Shown: piece after piece, positions 33,949-40,483 of the stretch
Numbering within the stretch: position 1 is the stretch's first letter
How the letters are laid out: the number at the start of each line of letters is the position of its first letter
Assembly: GCA_030838785.1 (NCBI GenBank)
Contig: JAUZEY010000019.1
Coordinates: forward strand, 1 to 40,483
DNA from: Actinomycetota bacterium
GTDB taxonomy: Bacteria; Actinomycetota; Acidimicrobiia; IMCC26256; BP-133
Reading direction: 5' to 3'
Length of the DNA: 40,483 nt
The notes under the pieces: model-generated
What the model was told of the DNA's origin: nothing
The model's input: the letters and a program-made list of their open reading frames with translations, nothing else
Database searches by the model: none
Position numbers and translations under genes: made by a program

Positions 33949-35415
33949 TCACCATTGCACCGCGATGTACTTGGACTCGGTGAACTCGAGCAATCCTTCG
34001 TGGCCGCCTTCACGGCCGAGACCGCTCTGCTTCGTGCCGCCGAAGGGCGCGGCGGGATCGGAGACCACCCCCCGGTTCAAGCCCACCATCCCGCAGTCCA
34101 GCGCCTCGGCCACCCGCAGCCCGCGTGTCAGGTCCGACGTGCACACGTAGGACACGAGCCCGTACACGGTGTCGTTGGCCAACTCGATGGCCTCGGCCTC
34201 GGTGTCGAAGGCCACGACCGGCGCCACCGGTCCGAAGATCTCCTCCGACAGCACCGGCGCTCCGGGTGGCACGTCGGCCAGAACCGTGGCGGGATAGAAG
34301 AACCCCTGCCCGTCCACGGGCGATCCGCCGGTGCGGGCCGTGGCCCCCATGTCCATGGTCTCGTCGACCAGCCTGGCTACCTTCTGGCGCGACTCGGCGT
34401 TGACGAGCGGTCCGAGTTGGACACGCTCGTCGAGGCCCGACCCGAGGCGCAGGTCGCCCATCTCGCACGCCAGCCGCCGGGTGAACTGCTCGACCACCGG
34501 CCGCTGGACGTAGAAGCGGTTGGCCGCCGTGCAGGCCTCACCGCCGTTGCGCATCTTGGCCACCATGGCCGCCCGCACGGCCGTGTCGAGATCGGCGTCG
34601 GCGAAGACCAGAAACGGTGCGTTCCCGCCCAGCTCCATCGACGAGGAGACCACCGAGTCGGCCGCCACCGTCAGCAGCCGCCGCCCGACCTCGGTCGATC
34701 CGGTGAAGGACAGCTTGCGGACCCGGAGATCGTCGAGCATGGCCCGCACCACCGGACCGGAACGGCACGACGGCAACACGTTGACCACGCCGGCCGGGAC
34801 ACCGGCCTCGGCCAGGATCTCAGCGATCGCCAGGGCGGTCAGCGGGGTTTCGCTGGCCGGTTTGAGCACCACGGTGCATCCGGCCGCCAGCGCCGGGCCG
34901 ATCTTGCGCGTGGCCATCGCGGCCGGGAAGTTCCACGGCGTCACCAGGACGGAGACGCCGATCGGCTGGCGCATGACCATGATCCGGTTCCGGCCCGACG
35001 GCGCGGTCTGCACACTGCCCAGTCCGCGCACGGCTTCCTCGGCGTACCAACGGAAGAACTCGGCGGCGTAGGCCACCTCCGAGCGGGCGTCGGCCAGGAT
35101 CTTCCCGTTTTCCAGCACGATCAGCACGGCCAGTTGCTCGGCCCGCTCGGTCATCAGCTCGAAGGCGCGGCGCAGGATCTCCGCCCGCGTCCTCGGCGCG
35201 GTGGCCGCCCAGCCCGGCCCTGTTTCGTAGGCGGCCGTCACGGCGGCCAGCCCGTCGTCGACCGAGCCGCTCGCCACGGAGACCAGCTCGGCGCCGGTGG
35301 CCGGGTTCAGCACGGGGATCCGCTGGCCGTCGGTGGCTGGCCGCCAGCTCCCGCCGATGAACAGGTCGATCGGCGTGCTGCGCACCATGGGCTTGAGGTC
35401 GATGACCGCGCTCAC
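33949..35415 (-). CDS. gabD: NAD(P)+-dependent succinate-semialdehyde dehydrogenase (GabD-like aldehyde dehydrogenase)
   Basis: VTPWNFPAAMATRKIGPALAAGCTVVLKPASETP, ELGGNAP and a catalytic-Cys region. GTG 35415 overlaps the E1-beta stop (GTGA); alternative ATG at 35388. The upstream 230 aa of the track ORF are a shadow. Confidence 0.88.
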   Translation of the reverse strand: MSAVIDLKPMVRSTPIDLFIGGSWRPATDGQRIPVLNPATGAELVSVASGSVDDGLAAVTAAYETGPGWAATAPRTRAEILRRAFELMTERAEQLAVLIVLENGKILADARSEVAYAAEFFRWYAEEAVRGLGSVQTAPSGRNRIMVMRQPIGVSVLVTPWNFPAAMATRKIGPALAAGCTVVLKPASETPLTALAIAEILAEAGVPAGVVNVLPSCRSGPVVRAMLDDLRVRKLSFTGSTEVGRRLLTVAADSVVSSSMELGGNAPFLVFADADLDTAVRAAMVAKMRNGGEACTAANRFYVQRPVVEQFTRRLACEMGDLRLGSGLDERVQLGPLVNAESRQKVARLVDETMDMGATARTGGSPVDGQGFFYPATVLADVPPGAPVLSEEIFGPVAPVVAFDTEAEAIELANDTVYGLVSYVCTSDLTRGLRVAEALDCGMVGLNRGVVSDPAAPFGGTKQSGLGREGGHEGLLEFTESKYIAVQW

Positions 35416-36389
35416 TGGTTCATCGCCTTCTCGACGGTGGTCACGATCCGCTCGACCGACGGGATGGCCAGATCCTCCAGGGCGTCGGCGGCGGGGAGCG
35501 GGATGTGGGGGGTGGTGATCCGCACCGGCGCGCCGTCCAGGTCGAAGAAGCTCTCCTCCACCACGATGGAAACCAGCTCGGCCCCCCACCCGCACAGCCG
35601 CGGGTTCTCCTCGACGGTGAACATCCGGCCGGTCCTGGCCACCTCGGCCAGAATGGTGTGGGTGTCCAGCGGCACCAGCGACCGCACGTCGATCACGGTG
35701 CAGTCGATCCCGCCGGCGCCGAGCTGCTCGGCGGCGGCGGTGGCCCGCGGCACCATGTTGCCCAGCGCGACCAGGGTGGCGTGTGCGCCGGAGCGCAGCA
35801 CCCTGGCGCGGCCCAGGGTGTCCACGACCTCCCCGTCCGGCACTTCGCCCTTGGTGGGGTAGAGCGCCTTCTCCTCGAGGAACAGCACCGGATCCGGGTC
35901 GCGGACCGCCGCCGCCATCAGGCCGATGACGTCGGCCGGGGTGGACGGCACGACCACCTTCAGGCCGGGCACCGCCATCGCCCAGTTCTCCACCGACTGG
36001 GAGTGCTGGGCGCCGAACCGGAGTCCGCCGCCGTTGCCGGCCCGGATCACGAGGGGGAAGGAAACCTGCCCGTTGGTCATGTACCGGCTCTTGGCGATCT
36101 CGTTGACCACGATGTCCCAGCACACGGCGAAGAAGTCGCTGAACATGATCTCGGCGATGGGCCGCAGCCCGGTCATGGCCGCGCCCATCGCCGCACCGAG
36201 GATCGCCTGTTCACTGATCGGTGTGTCCCGCACCCGGACCGGGCCGAACTCGTCGAGCAGCCCCGTCGTGCCCTTGAACACACCGCCCGCGGCGGCGACG
36301 TCCTCGCCCAGGAACAGGACGTTGCCGTCCCGGCGCATCTCCTGCGCGATGCCGCGGGCGATCGCCTCGCGGTAGGTCAGTTCCGCCAC
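35412..36389 (-). CDS. 2-oxoacid (pyruvate/acetoin-type) dehydrogenase E1 component, beta subunit
   Basis: MAELTYREAIARGIAQEMRRDGNVLFLGEDV...RVRDTPISEQAILGAAMGAA... Confidence 0.92.
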   Translation of the reverse strand: MAELTYREAIARGIAQEMRRDGNVLFLGEDVAAAGGVFKGTTGLLDEFGPVRVRDTPISEQAILGAAMGAAMTGLRPIAEIMFSDFFAVCWDIVVNEIAKSRYMTNGQVSFPLVIRAGNGGGLRFGAQHSQSVENWAMAVPGLKVVVPSTPADVIGLMAAAVRDPDPVLFLEEKALYPTKGEVPDGEVVDTLGRARVLRSGAHATLVALGNMVPRATAAAEQLGAGGIDCTVIDVRSLVPLDTHTILAEVARTGRMFTVEENPRLCGWGAELVSIVVEESFFDLDGAPVRITTPHIPLPAADALEDLAIPSVERIVTTVEKAMNQ

Positions 36390-37369
36390 GATGAGCCTCC
36401 ATCCGCCCAGACGTCTCTGAACAGCAGGTCTGCACCGGGCGCCGCCCCGGCCTTGGCCTCTTCAGTGGCGGCGTCCACGTCCTCCATGGCCGTCTTCTCG
36501 ATCGCGTCCAGCGCCGCGGCGTCGACTCCTGCGTCGACCAGCCGCTTCCGGTACATGGGGATCGGGTCGCGCGCCAGCCACTCGTCGACCTCGGCCGGCG
36601 GCCGGTACTTGGCCGGATCGGCCCTGGAATGACCGCCGTGCCGATAGGTCAGCGCCTCGATCAGCGTCGGACCCTCGCCGGCGCGGGCCCGGTCCAGCGC
36701 CGCGGTGGCAACCGCGTACATCTCGTCGGCGTCGTTGCCGTCCGCCAGCACGGGTTCCAGCCCGTAGGCCGAGGCACGGTCGGCGGCCGGCCGCGGCACG
36801 GCGGTGACCGTCGAGGTGCGGGTGTACTCCATGTACAGGTTGTTCTCGCAGACGAACACCACCGGCAACCGCCAGATGGCGGCGAAGTTCAGCGCCTCGT
36901 GGAAGGCGCCGATGTTCGTCGTGCCGTCACCGAAGAACGCCACCGCCACCTGGCCGCTGCCGCGGTACTGGGCGCTCCACGCCGCACCGCAGGCGATCGG
37001 CAGGTGGGCGCCGATGATGGCGTACGAACCCATCACGCCGTGCTCGACGCTGGTCAGATGCATCGATCCGCCCTTGCCGGCCATCAGGCCGTTCTCCCGG
37101 CCGAGCAGCTCGGCCAGCACCGGTGCCATCGGCACGCCGCGGGCGAGGGTGTGGGCGTGGCCGCGGTAGGTGGCGAACGTGTAGTCGTCGTGGCGCATCG
37201 CCACGCCGAAGGCCCCAGCAATCGCTTCCTGACCCAGGGAGAGGTGGCTGGTGCCCTTGACGAGGTTCTCCAGGAAGAGGTCGTAGGCCCGCTTCTCGAA
37301 GTAGCGCAGCCGGATCTGCTGGTCGTAGAGGGCCAGCCGCCTCCCCCCGATGTGGCATGCAGCGTCCAT
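36377..37369 (-). CDS. TPP-dependent 2-oxoacid dehydrogenase E1 component, alpha subunit
   Basis: ATG 37369 behind GGAG. GQEAIAGAFG, TPP motif FFGDGTTNIGAFHEALNFAAIWRLPVVFVCENN. Confidence 0.92.
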   Translation of the reverse strand: MDAACHIGGRRLALYDQQIRLRYFEKRAYDLFLENLVKGTSHLSLGQEAIAGAFGVAMRHDDYTFATYRGHAHTLARGVPMAPVLAELLGRENGLMAGKGGSMHLTSVEHGVMGSYAIIGAHLPIACGAAWSAQYRGSGQVAVAFFGDGTTNIGAFHEALNFAAIWRLPVVFVCENNLYMEYTRTSTVTAVPRPAADRASAYGLEPVLADGNDADEMYAVATAALDRARAGEGPTLIEALTYRHGGHSRADPAKYRPPAEVDEWLARDPIPMYRKRLVDAGVDAAALDAIEKTAMEDVDAATEEAKAGAAPGADLLFRDVWADGGSSWRN

Positions 37370-37380
37370 CGTTGCTCCGA

Positions 37381-38679
37381 TCAGTATTCGTTGGCGATGA
37401 AGAGGTCCTGGGCCGGGAACTTGGTGATCACGTGCGCGCCTCGCTCGGTGATCACCACCTCCTCCTCGATCCGGGCGGCGGAGAAACCGTCCGAGGCCGG
37501 GCAGTACGTCTCCAGCGCGAAGACCATGCCGGGCTGGATCTCCACCGGAGCGCACAGGCTGTTGAGCCGGCTGATGATCGGTCGCTCGTGCAGGCCGAGG
37601 CCGAGCCCGTGGCCGAACTGGAGCCCGAAGGCGGCCATCTCATCGGCGAAACCGAACTCGGTGGCGGCGGGCCACAGCCGGGCCACGGCGTCGGTGCCCA
37701 CTCCGGGGCCGACCGCTTCGATGGCGGCGTCCATCCACTGGCGGGCCCTGGCATAGGCGTCCCGCTGCGGCCCCGTCGCGCTGCCAACGCTGAACGTCCG
37801 GTAGTAGCAGGTGCGGTATCCGTTGTAGGACTGGATGATGTCGAAGAAGGCCTGATCGCCGGGCCGGATGATCCGGTCGGAGAAGTTGTGCGGATGGGGG
37901 TTGCACCGTTCGCCCGACACGGCGTTGACGGCCTCGACCTGATCGGAACCCATCTCGTAGAGCCGTTTGTTGGCCAGCGCCACGATCTCGTTCTCCCGCA
38001 CGCCGGGCTTGAGGGCCTCCACGATGTCCTGGTAGACGCCGTCCACCATGGCGGCGGCCTGGGTGAGCAGGGTGATCTCGTCGACGGACTTGATCTGGCG
38101 GGCGTCCAGCATCAACTGCTGCGCGTCGAGCACCTTCAGGCCCTGGCGCTGCATCTCGAACAGGAAGGGCGGCTCGACGATGTCGACACCCACCGGGAGG
38201 TCGGCGAGCCCGGCGTCGCTCAGCAGGCCCTTGAGCTCGCGCACCGCCGACTCCATCAGCCCGACGGCCGGCGCGATCGCGCCCCGGAGGCCCAGCATCC
38301 CGGCTCGGCAGTTCTCCGGGGCCAGCCACGGAGAATAGAGCTGATGGTGCTTGGCCGCCGAGCCGAAGTCCCACAGCACCGGCTCACCGCCGCGGGGCAG
38401 GAGGGCGTAGCGGGTCATCTTGTCGCCGAGCGCCCCGCCGATCCACGTCTGCGTCACATAGCGGATGTTGTAGAAGTCGAACAGCAGGAACGCGCCGCAC
38501 TCGCTCGACTCCAGCGCCGCCCTGGCCCGGCCCAGCCGGTAGTCGCGCAGCCGGCCGAAGTCGACCCGCTGCTCGAAATCCACGCCGCCGTGGCCCGGGG
38601 CGGGCAGGGGAGCGGACCCTGCGCCCGTCCTGGTCTGCGGGCTCGTCCTGGTCTCCACGCTCGGCGTCACCGGCGTCAC
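37381..38679 (-). CDS. M24-family (creatinase / Xaa-Pro peptidase / DddP-like) hydrolase
   Basis: Creatinase-like N-domain plus a pita-bread C-domain: FFDIIQSYNGYRTCYYRTF, FGHGLGLGLHERP, PGMVFALETY, ARIEEEVVIT. Confidence 0.85.
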   Translation of the reverse strand: MTPVTPSVETRTSPQTRTGAGSAPLPAPGHGGVDFEQRVDFGRLRDYRLGRARAALESSECGAFLLFDFYNIRYVTQTWIGGALGDKMTRYALLPRGGEPVLWDFGSAAKHHQLYSPWLAPENCRAGMLGLRGAIAPAVGLMESAVRELKGLLSDAGLADLPVGVDIVEPPFLFEMQRQGLKVLDAQQLMLDARQIKSVDEITLLTQAAAMVDGVYQDIVEALKPGVRENEIVALANKRLYEMGSDQVEAVNAVSGERCNPHPHNFSDRIIRPGDQAFFDIIQSYNGYRTCYYRTFSVGSATGPQRDAYARARQWMDAAIEAVGPGVGTDAVARLWPAATEFGFADEMAAFGLQFGHGLGLGLHERPIISRLNSLCAPVEIQPGMVFALETYCPASDGFSAARIEEEVVITERGAHVITKFPAQDLFIANEY

Positions 38680-39617
38680 CTTCCGTTCAGGCCGTCGTCG
38701 ACCTCGACGTTCTCCGGCCGCAGCTCCAGCCCGGCCCGGCGGGCCTGCTCCAGGATCAGCTCGGCGAAGTCGTTGTCCCGATGTCCGGCCCCGACGGCGG
38801 CGGCGACGATCTGCGCCGTCGTCGAGGCCACCGGCATAGGCGCCTCCAGCTCCCGGGCGGCGGCCAGACCGAGGTCGAAGTCCTTGCGCAGCAACGGCAT
38901 GGTGAACGTCGGCGCGAAATCCAGGTTGACCAGGGCCGGGGTCTTGTACCGGGAGAACTCCGAGCCCAGCACCGAGTTGTTCAGGAACTCCAGGAAGGCG
39001 GCGCGGCTCGCGCCACCCTTCTCGGCCAGCACAGTGATCTCCGCCAGCGACTGGGTCACCACGCCCAGGAACACGTTGTGGCAGATCTTCACGAGGCGGG
39101 CGACTTCGCCCTCGCCGACATAGGTGACCCCGCGGCCGAGCACGCCCAGCAGCGACGCCACGTCGTCGAACACCGGTCGGGGACCGGACACCGCCAGGGT
39201 CAGCTTGCCGGCGCCGACCACCTTCGGGTTGCCGCTGACCGGTGCGGCCAGGAATTCCGTGCCGACCTTGGCTGCGTCGGCCCGAACCTGCGCCGACGCC
39301 TCGGCCGACACGGTGGAGGAGTCCACGAGTACGCCGGGCCCGGTGTCGGCGGTGAGCAGGCCGTCCTCACCCGAGGTCACGGCCAGCAGGTCGGCCGAAG
39401 CGGACACCATGCTGAACACCACGTCCCGGTCGGCCAGTTCGACCGGGCGGTCCACCACCGTCGCGCCGTGCTCGACCAGCGTCTCGGCCTTGGCCCTCGT
39501 CCGGTTGTAGACGGCGACGTCGAAGCCGGCCTCCAGCAGCCGGGTGGCGAGGGCGGCGCCCATCCGTCCCGCACCGATCCAACCGATACGGGTGTCGTCA
39601 CCCACGTTGATCGTCAT
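38676..39617 (-). CDS. 3-hydroxyisobutyrate dehydrogenase-family beta-hydroxyacid dehydrogenase
   Basis: ATG 39617 behind GAGGAGG. IGWIGAGRMGAALATRLLEAGFDVAVYNRT, APVSGNP. Confidence 0.88.
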   Translation of the reverse strand: MTINVGDDTRIGWIGAGRMGAALATRLLEAGFDVAVYNRTRAKAETLVEHGATVVDRPVELADRDVVFSMVSASADLLAVTSGEDGLLTADTGPGVLVDSSTVSAEASAQVRADAAKVGTEFLAAPVSGNPKVVGAGKLTLAVSGPRPVFDDVASLLGVLGRGVTYVGEGEVARLVKICHNVFLGVVTQSLAEITVLAEKGGASRAAFLEFLNNSVLGSEFSRYKTPALVNLDFAPTFTMPLLRKDFDLGLAAARELEAPMPVASTTAQIVAAAVGAGHRDNDFAELILEQARRAGLELRPENVEVDDGLNGR

Positions 39618-39650
39618 CGCCCTCGGCCTCCTCATGGTGGTGGTGGTGTC

Positions 39651-39698
39651 AGGGTGAAGGAACCGAGGTTGGACGGACATCACGCGATCGCGCTGTTG
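39651..39698 (-). promoter_or_regulatory. Recurrent box, copy 10 + CACCCT hexamer (minus strand; catabolic operon promoter candidate)
   Basis: Minus strand CAACAGCGCGATCGCGTGATGTC at 39698-39676 and CACCCT at 39656-39651. Confidence 0.55.
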
Positions 39699-39734
39699 AC
39701 GGCCGGCGGTGCATATGCGGGTTCTCGTTCGGGT

Positions 39735-39757
39735 ATACGAAACTAGTAGTTTCGTAT
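39735..39757. promoter_or_regulatory. Perfect 23-bp palindrome (11-bp arms) in an AT-rich island; operator candidate
   Basis: ATACGAAACTA-G-TAGTTTCGTAT. Overlaps -10-like TATACG and TATTAT, 19 nt upstream of ATG 39776. Confidence 0.6.
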
Positions 39758-39775
39758 TATCAGCGAGGAGGCATC

Positions 39776-40483
39776 ATGGCGCAGCACATAGGGGTCGTCG
39801 GCCTCGGAGTGATGGGCAGCCGTATCGCCGCACGGCTGCTCAACTTCGGCTACACGGTCGTCGGCACGAACCGGACAGAGGCGAGGGCGGCGCCGCTCGT
39901 CGAGCGCGGCCTCGTCTGGTGTGACACGCCGCGCCAGGTGGCCGGCGCGGCGGAGGTCGTCCTGAGCAGCCTGGCCGACGACGCCGCGCTCGAGGCTGTG
40001 GCCACCGGCGAGGACGGAATCCTGGCCGGCCTTCGCCCCGGGATGCTGTACGTCGAGATGAGCACGGTCAGCCCCCAGCTGAGCCAGCGGCTCGCCTGCC
40101 GAGCGCGGGGCCGCGGTGCGGCGATGCTCGACGCGCCCGTCTCGGGCGGCGTGCCCCAGGCGGAGGCAGGCGAACTCACGATCATGGTCGGCGGCTGCGA
40201 GGCAGCCTACGAACGGGTCGGGCCGATCCTGCGCAACCTCGGTTCGGTCGTCCGGGTCGGGGAGAACGGGCAGGGCCTCCTGCTGAAGCTGGCGATCAAC
40301 ATCAGCCTCGCCCAGCAGATGATCGCCTTCGGGGAGGGCGTCCTGCTGGCGGAGCGCGGCGGCATCGACCGCAAGCTGGCCGTCGACGTGATGACCGGCA
40401 GTGTGATCGGATCCCCGCTGCTGAGAGGGCGGGCTCCCCTCGTCGTCGAACCGCCCGAACAGGCCTGGTTCGACATCGCCATG
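39776..40483 (+). CDS. 3-hydroxyisobutyrate dehydrogenase-family NAD(P)-dependent oxidoreductase (partial, runs off right edge)
   Basis: GAGGAGG before ATG 39776. MAQHIGVVGLGVMGSRIAARLLNFGYTVVGTNRT, DAPVSGG. The frame stays open to the window end. Confidence 0.85.
   Translation, partial: MAQHIGVVGLGVMGSRIAARLLNFGYTVVGTNRTEARAAPLVERGLVWCDTPRQVAGAAEVVLSSLADDAALEAVATGEDGILAGLRPGMLYVEMSTVSPQLSQRLACRARGRGAAMLDAPVSGGVPQAEAGELTIMVGGCEAAYERVGPILRNLGSVVRVGENGQGLLLKLAINISLAQQMIAFGEGVLLAERGGIDRKLAVDVMTGSVIGSPLLRGRAPLVVEPPEQAWFDIAM

Noticed and set aside
33949-36123. 724-aa version of the aldehyde dehydrogenase ORF
   Set aside because: The N-terminal ~235 aa are an out-of-frame overlap of the E1-beta gene. 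The ALDH homology begins right after GTG 35415 or ATG 35388.
306-39698. Interpreting the 23-nt box as a REP/MITE-type dispersed repeat or a HIP1-like (GCGATCGC) palindrome
   Set aside because: All strong copies are intergenic or at gene ends and oriented toward the downstream start. They have a fixed-distance CAnnCT partner, no terminal inverted repeats and no target duplications. The GCGATCGC core is present in only some copies.

Overview
Very GC-rich, Actinomycetota-like chromosomal segment carrying about 48 protein genes. I saw no rRNA, tRNA, IS element, integrase or CRISPR array. Most long ORFs in the six-frame track are antisense or out-of-frame shadows typical of high-GC DNA.

Real content, left to right:
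- LysR fragment.
- A REC / CHASE3-HAMP-GAF histidine kinase / LuxR response-regulator operon.
- Small SRPBCC-like ORF, family-I CoA-transferase, alpha/beta hydrolase, NmrA-like reductase.
- Secreted PHB-depolymerase-family esterase.
- PucR regulator, then three small secreted Cys-pair proteins.
- A compact gas-vesicle operon, gvpA-F-G-J-L plus a GvpS~GvpK fusion (12.0-15.0 kb).
- A 68-aa acidic ORF.
- A minus-strand operon: DrrAB-like ABC exporter, small secreted protein, unknown protein, alpha/beta hydrolase.
- LysR regulator and a GAF / degenerate-kinase / LuxR one-component regulator.
- DUF3040 protein plus a DisA_N (diadenylate-cyclase-fold) protein.
- SDR, a zinc-ribbon ORF, a second paralogous orphan kinase, and a MEDS + GAF-PucR pair.
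- A His/Asp/Gly-rich secreted module.
- A 7-gene catabolic operon (HIBADH-like, M24 hydrolase, TPP E1 alpha/beta, SSADH, two amidohydrolases) and a second, partial HIBADH-like gene.

The most striking signal is non-coding. A 23-nt word, GAACTRCnCGRTCGCGTGATGTC, is followed 20-21 nt later by a CAnnCT hexamer. It occurs at least 10 times and always points at the next start codon. It sits in front of the two-component operon, the gvp operon, the LuxR-fusion regulator, the DAC pair, the His-rich module and the catabolic operon. I read it as a shared promoter class or regulon that I cannot assign to any sigma factor or regulator consensus I know.
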